From assembly GCF_963921235.1 (NCBI RefSeq), contig NC_086108.1, forward strand, positions 22,072,001 through 22,136,000: DNA of 64,000 nt. The letters are read 5' to 3'. The position numbers and the translations under genes are program-made. This DNA is from Mobula hypostoma (lineage: Eukaryota). Positions 13,300-27,300 of the stretch are shown here, piece after piece. Under the pieces are notes generated by a model. The model did no database searches. It saw only the letters and a list, made by a program, of their open reading frames with translations, and had not been told where the DNA came from. Position 1 is the stretch's first letter, and each line of letters starts with the position of its first letter.

Positions 13300-14010
13300 C
13301 TAAGTTCAAAATAAGTTTATTATCAAAGTTTATACATGTCACCATGTACAACCCAAGATTCATTTTCTTGTGGGCATACTCAATAAATTCATAATAAAAT
13401 ACTAACAGTAATAGAATCAATGAAAGACTGTACTAACTGGGCATTCAACCAGTATACAAAAGACACAGATCTGTGCAAATACAAAAAGAAAGAAATAATA
13501 ATAATAAATTAAATAAACAATAAATATTGAGAACATGAAATGAAAAGTCTGTGAAAGTGAGTTCATAGGTTGTGGGAACACTTCAATGGGGCATGAAGTT
13601 TATCCCCTTTGGTTCAGGAGCCTGATGGTTGAGGGGTAATAACTATTAGGCTCCTGGTGAACCTGGTGGTGTGAGTCCTGAGGCTCTTGTACCACCTTCC
13701 TGATGACAGTAGTGAGAAGAGGGCATGTCCTGGTTGGTGGGGGGTCCCTGATAATGGATGCTGCTTTCCCGTGACAACATTTCATGTAGATGTGCTCAAT
13801 GATGGGAAGTGCTTTACCCATGATGGACTGGGCCGAATCCAGTACTTTTTGTCGGATTTTCTGTTCAAGGGCATCAGTGTTTCCATACCAGGCTGTGATG
13901 CAGCCAGTTAATATACTGTCCACTATACATATACAGAAGTTTGTCCAAGCTTTAGATGTCATGCCAAACCTTTGTAAACTCCGAAAGAAATAGGGGTGCT
14001 GCTGTGCTTA
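13300..14010 (-). mobile_element. Rex1/Babar-like LINE 3' fragment
   Basis: ORF 13600-13962 (SILTGCITAWYGN...SYYPSTIRLLN) is typical of the Rex1/Babar RT C-terminus. Confidence 0.75.
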
Positions 14011-14949
14011 AATACTAAAAGTAAGTAAACAATTCAAACAATTTGAATTAAGATGAGCTGGAGCACATAGAAATGAAAATAATTTTTAAAACAACTGAAA
14101 TAGTTTTAGAAAACGATAATTGCCTTCCCCCATTGCTATTGTCTTCCTTTTGTCTAGCTACTATGTGGCATGGGTGGGGGGGAGGCCACATGGAGTTCTA
14201 ATGTGGTGCTGGATATAAATGATAATTTCCTAAGCATAAAACATGGTGAATTTTGGCTGGATTGAGCTCCTCCAGTGAAGTAGCAGGATAAACTAACAGG
14301 TTCAGCATTCCAAATATTCATGTAATTTCCGGACTTCTACATTTGAAAACCAATATGTTGAAATCTAGGTTTGTTTCCATTTAAATGGCTAAATGCAGGT
14401 GGCCCTAAAAATCTGGGCCAATATCCGTTCTGACAGTTCTTGCCTTCAGGAGTTCTTGAAAATGCATAAGCCTTTCTCCCCTGGGACTGCCTATTGTGAT
14501 TTGGAGGTATTAAGTATTATTACAGAAATAATTATTTTTAAACATTATTGGCAGCCCAGGAGTCTGAAAGTAATAGAGTTGAGTTTTGAGGCCCAACATT
14601 AATTGATGAGGGTCTGAAATTATGCCATCTCTGATAATAGGCCTTGTGGTTCCTGGAACTTGATGGAAGTTCTGTGACTGATGAGCTGGCTGTCATTGTC
14701 ACATCTTTAATTTTAGTTTTTTTCTTTTTGTTCAGGCCTTATTTTGTACGGAAGTTCCAAAAGTTGATGTGAAAAACCATAATGAATTGGAGCACATTTG
14801 TTGCCAAGCGGAGTGGCAGATAGAGCTTGTTTTAAAAACATGTTCTGTATTGGATTTATGTTTAAGGTTCATTAACTTTGATTTAGTCTGCTTTGATTCT
14901 TGGGAGAAGTCTTTGTCTTCTGTTTTATCAGAATTGGTTAGTTAAAGAT

Positions 14950-15440
14950 TAGCTTAAATACACAGACTTATATATAGATAAAACAATGCTAGGTACAGGA
15001 ATATCTGCATATAAGGTGATTCCGACCGGAAATGATGAAATAGTGGTGATGAGGAGTGTGGTGGAGTGGGTTAGTGGGTGGAGGTGTTGATCAGCCTGAC
15101 AGCTTGGGGGAAGTAACTTTTTGAGTCTGGTGGTCCAAGCATGGATGCTGCATAGCCTCTTCCATGATCGGAGTGGGACAAACACTTGATGAGCAGAGTG
15201 GGTGGGATCCTTCATGATATTGCTGGCCCTTTTCTGCTACCTTTCTGTATATATGTCTTTGATGGTGAGTAGGCTGGTGCACTGGGCAGTTTTAACTATC
15301 CGTTGTAGAGCCCTTCTGTCTGCCGCAGTGGAGTTTCCATATGGTGCCACCTGTTAAGATGCTCTCAGCTGTCCATTTGTAGGTCATGAGTATTGGCATG
15401 CATAGTCCAGCTCTCTTCAGCCACTTCAGAAAGCTGAAGT
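14950..15440 (-). mobile_element. Rex1/Babar-like LINE 3' fragment
   Basis: KDPTHSAHQVFVPLRS and AESILTGG motifs (ORFs 14949-15215, 15292-15495). Confidence 0.7.
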
Positions 15441-15469
15441 GTTGGAGACAAAGGAATCTCAGAAAACTA

Positions 15470-15730
15470 CAGCACTGTAGTGTGGTGGTTAGCACAACAC
15501 TCTATAGTACCAAACGATCCAGGTTCAATTCCCGCCGCTGCCTGTAAGGAGCTTGTATGTTCATCCCATGACCCTACAGGTTTCCTCTGGGTGCTCTGGT
15601 TTCCTTTCACAGTCCAAAGATGTACCGGCTAGTAGGTACATTGCAAATTGTCCCATATTTAGGCTAGGATTAAATCAGGCAGCACGGCTCAAAGGGCTGG
15701 AAGGGCCTATTCTGTGTTGTATCTCAACAA
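15470..15730 (+). mobile_element. tRNA-derived SINE (HE1/V-SINE-like)
   Basis: A-box-like tagtgtggtggttag, B-box ggttcaattcc (~15522), core gggtgctctggtttcct..cagtccaaaga, CR1-like tail gaagggcctattctgtgttgtat. Confidence 0.7.
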
Positions 15731-16062
15731 AAAAAGGGCCACGTTAAATGTTAATGTGGAAATACATTTCTGGCTATTTAAATTTAAATAGTCTTATGGG
15801 TTTCATATAAAACTCTTAACAATTTGAATGTAGGTTTTAAACAAAATATTCTTCTTGGCAGTGACACAAAAGTTCAATTTTTCCACCGTCTCTGCTAGGT
15901 TTGTAGATGAAATATGTGCTTTCTTTTGTTCTTTGAATATATTATGTGTCACCAATCTGAAAACAAAGGAGCTGCCACTTCATCAGATCTGTCTATTTGT
16001 ACAACACAGATAAAAGTTGCTGGTGAACACAGCTGGCCAGGCAGCACCTCTAGTAAGAGGTA

Positions 16063-16100
16063 CAGTCGACGTTTCGGGCCGAGACCCTTCGTCAGGACTA
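16063..16100 (-). ncRNA. Minimal type I hammerhead ribozyme motif in PLE 3' end
   Basis: Reverse complement: tagtc CTGACGA agggtctcggccc GAAAC GTC gactg. Stem I tagtc/gactg, stem II, catalytic core, GUC site. Confidence 0.8.
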
Positions 16101-17637
16101 ACTGAAAGAAGAGCTAGTAAGAGATTTGAAAGTGGGAGGGGGAGGGGGAGATCCGAAATGATAGGAGAAGACAGGAGAGGGAGGGATGGAGCCAAGAGCT
16201 GGACAGTTGATTGGCAAAAGGGATATGAGAGAATCATGGGACAGGAGGCCCAGGGAGAAAGAAAAGGGGGAGGGGGTGAAAAGTCCAGAAGATGGGCAAG
16301 GGGTATAGTGAGAAGGACAGAGGGAGAAAAAGGAGAGAGAAAAAGAATGTGCGTATATAAATAAATAAATAACGGATGGGGTACGAGGGGGTGGGTGGGG
16401 CATTAGCGGAAGTTTGAGAAGTCAGTGTTCATGCCATCAGGTTGGAGGCTACCCAGACGGAATATGTGTTGTTCTTCCAATCTGAGTGTGGCTTCATCTT
16501 TACAGTAGAGGAGGCCGTGGATAGACATATCAGAATGGGAATGGGACGTGGAATTAAAACGTGTGGCCACTGGGAGATCCTGCTTTCTCTGGCGGACAGA
16601 ACGTAGGTGTTCAGCGAAACAATCTCCCAGTCTGCGTTGGGTCTCGCCAGTATATAGAAGGCCGCATCGGGAACCGGATGCAATATATCACCCCAGCCCA
16701 CTCACAGGTGAAGTGTCACCTCACCTGGAAGGACTGTCTGGGGCCCTGAATGGTAGTGAGGGAGGAAGTGTAAGGGCATGTGTAGCACTTGTTCCGCTTC
16801 CAAGGATAAGTGCCAGGAGGGAGATAGGTGGGGAGGGATGGAGGGGACGAATGGACAAGGGAGTCGCGTAGGGAGCAATCCCTGTGGAAAGCAGAGAGGA
16901 GGGGAGGGAAAGATGTGCTTAGTGGTGGGATCCCTTTGGAGGTGGTGGAAGTTACAGAGAATTACATGTTGGACCTGGAGGCTGGTGGTGTGGTAGGTGA
17001 GCACCAGGGGAACCCTATTCCTAGTGGGGCGGCGGGAGGGTGGAGTGAGAGCAGATGTGCGTGAAATGGGGGAGATGCATTTGAGAGCAGAGTTGATGGT
17101 GGAGGAAGGGAAGCCCCTTTCTTTTTGCTTCGCTGAACACCTACGCTCTGTCCGCCAGAGAAAGCAGGATATCCCAGTAGCCACACATTTTAATTCCACG
17201 TCCCATTCCCATTCTGATATGTCTAGCCACGGCCTCCTCTACTGTAAAGATGAAGCTGCACTCAGGTTGGAGGAACAATACTTTATATTCCGTCTGGGTG
17301 GCCTTCAACCTGATGGCATGAACATTGACTTCTCAAACTTCCGCTAATGCCCCACCTCCCCCTCGTACCCTATCTGTTATTTATATACACACATTCTTTT
17401 TCTCTTTCTTCTTTTTCTCCCTCTGTCCCTCTCTCTATACCCCCTGCCCATCCTCTGGGCTTCCCCCCCTCCTTGTCTTTCTTCCTGGGCCTCCTGTCCC
17501 ATGATCCTCTCATATCCCTTTTGCCAATCAACTGTCCAGCTCTTGGCTCCATCCCTCCCCCTACTGTCTTCTCCTATCATTTTGGATCTCCCCCTCCCCC
17601 TCCCACTTTCAAATCTCTTACTAGCTCTTCCTTCAGT

Positions 17638-17675
17638 TAGTCCTGACGAAGGGTCTCGGCCCGAAACGTTGACTG
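17638..17675 (+). ncRNA. Minimal type I hammerhead ribozyme motif (GUU site)
   Basis: tagtc CTGACGA agggtctcggccc GAAAC GTT gactg. Confidence 0.75.
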
Positions 17676-18469
17676 TACCTCTTCCTAGAGATGCTGCCTG
17701 GCCTGCTGCGTTTACCAGCAACTTTTATGTTTGTTGCTTGAAATTCCAGCATCTGCAGATTTCCTGGTGTTTGCGTGTTTGTTTGTACAAGTTGTTTACG
17801 GTCTGACAGAGAATGCCTTAGCTTTCTAATGTCTGCAGAGTATTGCTCTCCCCTTGAGAAATGATGGAATTTCCGATGCAAGAGTACTTTGAATTTATGA
17901 TTAATTAGCATATGCTATATCTTCTTCTGGATCTCCCGGTTTCCATTGAGCTGGTCCTGCAATTTTCTGGAGGAGAAACAGAATTCCTTAACAGCTTATG
18001 GAAGAATTTCAGGGCAATCCAACTACAATGACATTTTTCATCTTCTGTTGTTTAGGAGTCATCAGATGGGTTGTGAGCAATGTACTAGAAACACTTTCTT
18101 TGTGGGAACCTTGAAACCTAAAACATTAATTTTCTGGAAGTATAGTTTCTGTTCCATCATTTTATTTCGGGCGAAGCTGATAGGGATATAGTGCATGAAG
18201 AATGGTTAGTCCAGTAATTAATGATAATTGTCATGATATGGCTATCACCTTCTTCACTGCTGTTTTAGTAGAGTGCCAAGATCGAGGACTTATCACAGAT
18301 AGTGACACAGTTAATGCCCACTTGAACAGCACTTTGAAGAACTTATTGTCCAAGAGTCTATCTTGGTGCAAGTGCCCTTGACCCTTAATCACTGCACATT
18401 TTTCAACACAGTCTAGCTGCCATTCCAGTCAGGCAAGGGGCTGGAAGGTCCATATATCAACTGAGAAAA

Positions 18470-18990
18470 CAAGAAAGCCTCCAAAGCAGGTAGTATCCCA
18501 GCTGAAGTTTTAAAGGTTGATGGAAAAGAACTTCATACATGCATTAATTGACATCTCCTGTACCACTGAAGAGGCATCTCAGCACGGACAAATTGGGCCA
18601 ACAGGCTGTATTACTCCATGACTCAGACATACATTGGGAGACTTCAGAAATGTCGTGACTATCTTCAGAAGGGAAGCAAAACAGTATTTAGCAATTACCA
18701 AGGGATTACTCTTTTGTCTGCCACCAGGAAGTTCATTGCAAGGGTCTTCTCCACTGCTTGCTTCCAGAAACTAAAAAGTTGCTCCCTGAATACAGTGTGG
18801 ATTCCATCCACTGCGAGCACAATCAATGCGATCTTCAACATATGACAACTCCAGGAAAACTGCAAGGAACAATATCAATCAATCTTGATTGGTTCTGATC
18901 ATATTAAGTTTTTGATTCTTTCAATCAAGAGGATTGACAGATAATCCTTTAGTTGCCCTCAGAAACTTGCAGCTTCTGCTTACTACATGA
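18470..18990 (+). mobile_element. Degenerate RTE-like LINE RT fragment
   Basis: NYQGITLLSATRKFIARV in ORF 18618-18845. Confidence 0.6.
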
Positions 18991-19004
18991 TGGCTTCCAA
19001 GCTC

Positions 19005-19770
19005 TGATTCGATTCAAGTCATGTCACGTCACGTCTTATTGTCATTTCAACCAGAACTGCTGGTACAGAACATAGTAAAAATGAGACAACATTTTCCAGG
19101 ACCATGGTGCTACATGAAACAATACAAAAACTACACTGAACTACGTAAGAAAAAACACAAAAACTACAGTAGACTACAGACCTATCCAGGACTGCATAAA
19201 GTGCACAAAACAGTGCAGGCACTACAATAAATAATAAATAAGACAGTAGGCACAGTAGAGGGTATAGTAGGTTGGTGTCAAGCAAGGCTCTGGGTATTGA
19301 GGAGTCTGATGGCGTAGGGGAAGAAACTGTTACATAGTCTGGTCGTGAGAGCCCGAATGCTTTGGTGCCTTTTTCCAGATGGCAGGAGGGAGAAGAGTTT
19401 ATATGAGGGGTGCGTGGGGTCCTTCATAATGTTGTTTGCTTTGCGGATGCAGTGTGTGGTGTAAATGTCTGTGATGGCAGGAAGAGAGACCCCGATGATC
19501 TTCTCAACTGACCTCACTATCCGCTGCAGGGTCTTGCGATCCGAGATGGTACAATTTCCGAACCAGGCCGTGATGCAGCTGCTCAGGATTCTCTCAATAC
19601 AACCTCTGTAGAATGTGGTGAGGATAGGGGGTGGGAGATGGACTTTTCTCAGCCTTTGCAGAAAGTAGAGACGCTGCTGGGAGCTTTGACTTTGCTATGG
19701 AGCTGGTGTTGAGGGACAAGGTGAGATTCTCCGCCAGGTGAACACCAAGAAATTTGGTGCTCTTAATGAT
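19005..19770 (-). mobile_element. Rex1/Babar-like LINE 3' part
   Basis: KFLGVHLAENLT and KDPTHPSYKLFSLLPSGKR...NSFFPYAIRLLN. Confidence 0.8.
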
Positions 19771-20039
19771 CCACTGGTCCACAAGATTCCCAATCCCAGT
19801 GCAGACTCTGGTCAAGTGAGGCAGTGTCATCATTCTAAATCTTATTTATTTCAAGCTTTCTTGATGCAATATTACTCTGATAAACTTGCTGCTGGTGGTG
19901 ATTGGGTCACTGTGAATGTACATACTGATCATCAGTAAGACCACGGCTATTCTTGTATTCCATGTTCACGTTACTCAACTAACATAAAATTCCCTCTATT
20001 TCCTTTGTATCTAAAAATCTACTTCTGACTTGCAGAGAT

Positions 20040-20650
20040 TTCGGAACTGAGTCTCCAATCTTCTTAGGTACACCGTTCCAATGATGTATCATGCTTTTGG
20101 TGAAGAAAATGCTGTTTGTGTGTGTTTCAAACGGCAAGTCACTTATTTTAGTGCAGTGTCCCTTAGTTTCAGATCCCCACTGGAGGGAAGTATCCTTCCT
20201 GTATCCATCATGTCAAGCCCTTAAGAGTTTTGTTTTTGGTATTGTCATTCTTTTAAAGTCTGGAGTATTTACCCCATTTTGCCTGATCTCTCCTCACAGG
20301 ACGCCATCAACCAGCTGATGAAATGTTTGCTGCACTGCCTCTATTGCAGGTGTATCCTTCCTGAGTGATCACATTGTTTCTTGTGCAGTCTCACCAAGCC
20401 CCTTTCAAATTGTCTTCGTACCCACATTATGATACTCTGAGTTTCTATATTTTGTATAAAAATGGATGACCTCACATTTTTCTATATTTAATTTGCTTTG
20501 GCCTCACTCATTTACCTTGTGCACCAATATCTCCTGAGACCTCTCTGCATTCTCTTCACAACACACACAGCTTTATATCGTCACCCCACATCAAATCATT
20601 GATGCAGATTCAGAACAACTGGGATCCAGCATCAACTCTATCAGAGCTCC
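20040..20650 (-). mobile_element. Old CR1 fragment
   Basis: Degenerate similarity to the minus-strand CR1 at 50501-51500 (gtctcaccaagccc, tggatgacctcacattt). Confidence 0.5.
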
Positions 20651-20689
20651 ACAAATCAGTCTCTTGACCCAGCTATTCCCACCTTGAAA

Positions 20690-21965
20690 ATGAGGTTCTG
20701 CAAATGCTGGAAGTCCAAAGAAACACATAACTGAAGGCTGGAGGAACTTGGTAGGTCAGGTAGCAACCATGAAAGTGAATAAACAGTTGATGTTTTGGGC
20801 CGGGACCATTTTTCTGGGATGGAACGGAAGGGGGAGGATGACATAATAAAAAGGTTGGTGGGGGGAAGCAGGATTAGCTAGACTGTGATATGTGAAGTCA
20901 GATGGAGGTGGGAAAGGTAGAGGTTTGAGAGGAAGGAATCTGATAGGAGAGAAGAGTTGATCTATGGAAAAAGGGAAGGAGGAGGAGTACTGGGGGGAGG
21001 TGAGGAGAATAGGTAAGAGGCTAGAGTTGGAGGGGGGGGGGCAAAATTACCAGAAGGAGAAATCGATGTTTATGCCATCAGGTTTAAGGCTACCAAGGCA
21101 GAAAATGAGATATTACTCCTCCACCTGAGAGTGGCCTCATCATGGCAAAAGAAAAGGCCATGGACTGATATGTTGGAACAGGAATGGGGATAGTAGTTAA
21201 GATGGTTAGACATGGGGAAATTCTACTTTTTGTCAATTGCTGGGATATATGCCAGGAGGTACAAATGAACAAGGGAATCACAGAGGGTGCAATCTTTGTG
21301 GAAAGTGGAGGAGTTGGGGGGGCGGTTGTTAAAGAGGAGTTTTGTGATAGGATCCAGTTGAAGATGGTGGAAGCTGCAGAGAATGATGTGTTGGATGCAG
21401 AGGCTGATGGGGTGCTAGATGAGGACAAAAGGCAGTAGGAAGATGGGGTGAGCATGAATGTCCGAGAAATGGAGGAGATGCGGGTGAGGGCAACATCAAT
21501 GATCGAAGAAAGGGGTCTTTGAAGAAGGACAACATCTCTGATGTCTTTGAAAGGAAAGTCTTATCCTGGAAATAGATGTGGCAGAGGTAAAAGAACTGAG
21601 AAAAGGGAATAGCATTTTTACAGGAGACAGGGTGGGAAGAGGTATAATCAAGATAACTGTGGGAAACATTAGGTGTATAAAAGATGTCCAGAAATAGAGG
21701 CAGAGAGATCGAGAAAGGGGAAGAGAGATGTCAGAAATGGACCGAGTGAATTTAAGGGTAAGGTGAAAGTTGAAGGCAAAGTTGATGAAATTTTTGAATT
21801 TAGCATGGGTGCATGAAGCAGCACCAATACAGTAGTCAATATAGCACAGGAAGAGTTAGGTAGCATTACCAAGGAAGGCTTGGAACATGGACTTTTCTAT
21901 GTAGCCAATGAAAAGGCAGGCATAGCTGGGGTCCATTCAGGTGCCTATGGCTACCCCTTGAGTTC
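20690..21965 (-). mobile_element. Degenerate Penelope-like element (RT, endonuclease, 3' end)
   Basis: Collinear with 39100-40700 (atgccatcaggtt..aggctacc, ggcatagctggg...ggctaccc). Decayed hammerhead region ~20783-20820. Confidence 0.8.
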
Positions 21966-24344
21966 CTATGCCTACCTTGTTGTTTGTCTATTAACCAATC
22001 ATCAATCTATGCCAGTACATTACCACAATCCATTGTGCTTTAAGTTTATTTTGTAACTGCACTGTGTAGGAATTTATTATGGGCTATCTGAAAGGCCAAA
22101 TACATGGTATCCACTGGGTTCCTTCTGTCTGTTCTGCTTGCTACAATTACAAAAGCAGGTTTGTCAAACATGATTTCCCTTTCGTAAATCCCTCCTGGCA
22201 CTAACCAGTCTGATTATTATTTTCAAAGTGTCCTTTTACCACCTCCTTAATAATAGATTCTAAAATATTCCCTAATTCTTGCATTGAGTGTATAGGGACC
22301 TGGTCAGTTTGCATGTGGCTACAATATTATCCACAGGTCTTGTCTCCCTACCTATAGAAATGTATACCTGCAGTAGAGGGAGCAAGCAAAGGTTCCCCAG
22401 ATTGATTCATGGAATATACGGTTTGTCATATGAGGATAGGATAAGTGGGCTAGAGGAGTCAGAGGTGATTTCATTGAAATGCACATAGCTCTTCAGGCTG
22501 CAAAAAAAAAGCAGATATATTTACCCTGCTTCACATTGGTGTTCAGAACGCAGAGAGTGCTGACTGTTAAAGTTCATTGCAACTTTTACTCTCATTTTCC
22601 TATATTACACTAATAGTCTTAAGTTCAGAGAGATCAGATTGCATAAAATCTTGAGTGATTTTTAATAAGACATATTATTTAGATTTGACAACTGCTTCAC
22701 TTCAGTTGGAAGAATTTATACTCCTATTACAAGGATGACGTGATTCTTTTATGAGCAAATTAGTTATTTTTGAAACAAGCTTTCTGGTTTTGTGATTAAT
22801 TAGCCTGCCTATATTCAAACAGAATTTTTGGAGCTCTCAGCAGGTATATGTGAACAAACCTGTTTTGCAGTGTATTGGAAAACACCTAAAATTATGCTTC
22901 GAAGATTCCTGTTGATGTTTCTGAGAAAGCCAGTGGCGTTAGGGATAAGGTACTACACTACTGTGTTTCAATTCTGAATTACCATTTTGTTTCTTGCTAT
23001 CATCCATTCCTGCTGGATGAAAGCAGTTGCAGGAGTCTCATATTGTTCTGTAGCTAGCTGTAACTGACATTGGGTTAATAAATCTAATTGGAATTAGAGA
23101 TTGAATGATCTCTAACTCTGGAAGCATTCAGTCTCTCCTGCATGTGATATGCTCAACAGATAAGCAGTTACTGCAAAAGATTGCAGATGGTGGAAATCCA
23201 CAAGAAAATACAGAATACTGGAAACACTTTTCCAGCAGCAGGACAAAAGCTATCGGTGGGCAGACAAACAAGAGTCAACTTTTCAGGCCATGAACTCTCC
23301 ATCAGAACTAAAGAAAGTTTTAAATTGCTTAAGTAGGTGGGCGGTGTAGGGTGTGTGAGATGGTATGGCAGAGGTGAGGGAAAGAACAGAGAGGTGAGAG
23401 ATGGAGAATGAGGTGGTTCAGGTGCTTTGACAGGCCAGGTGTAAGAATGACGTTTCCTTTGGCTGGCCTGATATGAATCAGGTTACAATCTCAAAATAAT
23501 GAATTGACCATTCATGACTGGGAAGAAATTTCCGCATCTGAAGCATGTTAAATTTTTAAAACTCTCAACCCAAGAGGGCTGTGCCACTCAGTACAGAGTC
23601 TCTTCAGGGCAGACGGATGGATAGGATTTTGGGAATGTGGAAAATTGGAGGATATACGATTTATACAACAGAGTGGTGCTGAAATGAAATGTTAACCATG
23701 ATGTCATTGAATGGTGGAACAGGTAGAAGAGGTCAAATGTTGACTCCTGCATCTGTTCCTTATGTTATGTAATAGAAGATGATGATTTGAAGTTAAATTT
23801 AAGATTTGTCTTATTTCTTCAGTTGGTTATACTTTACTGAAGTTCTGTGGGTTCAGAAGTGACTGAGGAGGGTGCCGTGTGCCATAGGAGGGACTAGGAA
23901 GTTTGTGGCAGGATTGGTGGTTGAGCAGTTTGGGAGGTAGTGTGCTGTGTCCCTCATACACTGGGCTGCTGCATGGAATAGTTATTTTGGTGCCATTCTG
24001 AATGGTTACTCTGTATTTTGAGCAGCTATGTGCCATTGATTCTCAGGTGTTGTTGGGGATGTTGCATTTTGAGAACATCCACAAATCCTCTTTTTTTCTG
24101 CCCACTGGTAATCTAACAAGGAGGGTGGATGGTGTTGAAGGTTATGCATACATATGGAAAGAGGGTTGTCAAATAGGCAGGAATCAGGAAATTGGGATAA
24201 GAGAGGTGTCCTTAGGTTCACAACCTGTAACCAGTGGAGCAACGTGTGGATTGATACTGGGAACACAGCTATTTACTATATATATTAGTGACTTGGAAGA
24301 AAGAGGCAAATGTATACTAACTATGTTTGCAGACAGATAAAAAT

Positions 24345-27300
24345 ATATCCTAACCTGGTTGGTCCTTCCAAAGTGCAACACCTCACACTTGTATGCATTG
24401 AATTCCATCTGCCAGTTTTCGGCTCATTTTTCCACCTGGTCCAGATATGCATAGTCTTTGACAGTGTTTTTCGCTGTCTACTACATCTCAGTCTTGGTGC
24501 CATCAGTAAATTTGCTGATCTAGTAAACCACATTATCATTCAGATTGTTGATGTAGACGACAAACAACAGAATCCACAATGATCCCTGCAGCACACCACT
24601 AGTCACAGGCCTCCAGTCAGAGAGACAACCATCTCCTACCACTCTCTAACTTTTCCAGTGAAGCCATTGTCTTATTCAGTTTACTCCATCATCTTTAATG
24701 CCAAACGACTGAACGTCCCATGTGAGGCCTTGTCAAAGGCTGTGCTAAAGACCATGTTAAGAAACATTCACTGCTTTTACCTTCATCCTTTCCTGGTAAC
24801 TTCCTCAAAAAACTCCATGAGGTTGGCTCAAAATGACCCACCATACAAAAGACCATGTTGACTATTGCTAATTAGTTGCTGTGTATCCAAATACTTACAG
24901 CGCGTAAATAAGAGAAAATCTGTAGATGCTGGAAATCCAAGCAATGCACACAAAATGCTGGAGGAACTCAGCAGGCCAGGCAGCATCTATGGAAAAGAGT
25001 ACAGTCGACATTTTGGGCTGAGACCTTTCAGTATATATCTTGTTCCTTAGAATGCCTATCAGTGACTTTCCCACTCCTGATGTCAGGCTCACCGGCCTAT
25101 AATTTCCTGGCTTATTCTTAAAGCCTTTCTTAAACAACAGAACAACATTAGCTGCCTGCCAATCTTCTGGCACCTCACATGTGGCTAAGGACATTTCAAA
25201 TATCTCTGCTGGGGCCCTTGCAGTTTCTGCACAAACCTCACACAGGGTCCAAAGGAACACCTTGTCAGGCCCTGGGGATTTATCCACCCTAGTTTTCCTC
25301 AAGACAGGAAAACACTTCCTCCTCTGTAATCTGTGCAGTCCATGACCTCACTGCTGTTTTGACTCACTTCTATAGACTGTGTCCATCTCCCAAGTAAATA
25401 CAGATGCAAAAAAAAATTCAATTTAAGATCTCCCCCAATTCTTTTTACTCCACTCTTGGTTATCCAGAGGACCAATTTTATCCCTTGCTATCCTTTTACT
25501 CTTAATATATCTCTAGAGCAACTTCATGCCTTTTTCCAGCTCTCCTGATTTACTGTTTAAGTTATCTTGCACTTATATTTCCTTAAATACCTCATTTGTT
25601 CCTTGCTGCCTATACCTGCTATTCACTTCCTCCTTCTTCTTAACCAGGGCCTCAATATCTCTCGAAAACCAAGGTTCCCTAAAAGTGTTATCCATGCCTT
25701 CGACAGGATCATACAAACAGTGTGCTCTCAAACTTTCACTTTTGAATACCTCCCAATTACCAAGCACACCTTTGCCAGAAAACAACTTATCCCAATCCAT
25801 ACTTGCCAGATACTATTGTCTGATACTATTAAAATTGGTCTTTCTGCAGTTCTCCAGAGGACCTGACCTATCTTTCTCCATAATTATCTTGAATTATCCT
25901 GTCTCATTCTCTAATCGGAGATTAGTATTTCACTCTCTCTTGTGGGAACCTCTACATACTGATAAGGAAACTTTCCTGAACACATTTGGTCTATCCCATC
26001 CAGCTGTTACACAGTATGGGAGTCCCAGTCAATAGGTGTAATGCTAAAATCACTTGCTATCACAACCTTGTTTCTTCTAAGCATCTGCAATCTCTCTACG
26101 AATTTGCTCCTCCAAATCCCTTGGACTGTTGTGGACTCTATAACATAATCCCATTAATATGGTCATCCCTTTCTTATTCCTCAATTCCACCCATATGGCC
26201 TCAGTTTACGAGCTTTCAGCCTGTCCCGTCTGAGCACTGCCATGACATTTTCCCTGACTAGTAATGCCACCTCTCCCTCTTTAATCCCTCCCACTTTACT
26301 GCATCTAATGTAATGAATCTCTGGAACCTTGAGCTGCAGTCCTGCCCCTCCTGCAACCAAGTGTCACTAATGGCTACAGTGTCATAATTCCACATGCTGA
26401 TCCATGGCCTAAGCTTATCCGCCTTTCCTACAATGCTTCTTGCATTGAAAGGGATGCAACTCAGAACATCGTTTACACCATGCTTAACCTTTTGATTCCT
26501 GTTTCTGTATGTGGGCTTAACAACATCTTTCTCCACAACAGCTACACTACTGCACTGGCTCACTGGCTCCCATCCCCTTGCAACTCTAGTTTAAACCGCC
26601 ATGCAGCACTAGCAAACCTTCCTGCAAGGATATTCTTCCCCCTCCAGTTCAGATGCAAACCATTCTGCCAGTACAGATCCCACCTATCCTGGAAGAGAGC
26701 CCAATGATCCAAAAATCTGAAGCCCTCTCTCTTCTGCATTATCTCCGTAACCACGTGTTAAACTGTATGATCTTCCTACCTCTGGCCTCACTAGCATGTG
26801 GCATGGTTAGCAATCTTGAGTCACAACCCTGGAGCTTCTGTCCTTTAACTTAGCACCTAAGTCCCTGAAATCACTTTGCAGGACCTTTTCGCCCTTCGTA
26901 CCCATGTCATTAGTCAACGTGTACCACAAACATTGCTGCTCACCCTGACATTAAGAATGCAGTGGGCGCCATCTGAGATGTCCGTGATGCTGACACCCGG
27001 GTGGCAACATATCATCCAGGAATTTCATTCTTGTCCGCAGAACCTCCTTTCTGTGCCCCTCACTTAAGGAATCCCATATCACCAGAGCTCACCTCTTCAA
27101 CCCCCTTCACTTCTGAGCCACAGATCTAGACTCAGTGCCTGAAATCCAACTGCTGTGACTTTACTCTGCTTGGTCATCCTCCCTAACTGTGGCAATCCTC
27201 CTGTTGATGAGGGGAACAGCCCTAGGGGTACTCTGCATTGGCTGTCTATCTCCTTACCCCTCTTGATGATCACCCAGTTACCAGGGTCCTGCACCTTGAG

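Larger units (their letters stand above)
16002..17776. mobile_element. Fold-back Penelope-like (Neptune-type) insertion: minus arm ~16002-17124, plus arm ~17125-17776
   Basis: GIY-YIG C-terminus FAEHLRSVRQ...PVATHFNSTSHSHSDM...LEEQYFIFRLGGLQPDGMNIDFSNFR present on both strands. Imperfect TSD gtctatttgtacaa (15991-16004) / gtttgtttgtacaa (17777-17790). Confidence 0.9.

Noticed and set aside
15480..15545. tRNA gene
   Set aside because: The A/B boxes belong to a SINE head and no cloverleaf can be drawn.
16017..16403. Repeated ORFs such as MLVNAAGQAASLGRGTVDVSGRDPSSGL (also 17377, 31425, 39114, 41989)
   Set aside because: Translations of the non-coding PLE 3' end and hammerhead region, mostly antisense; not a gene family.
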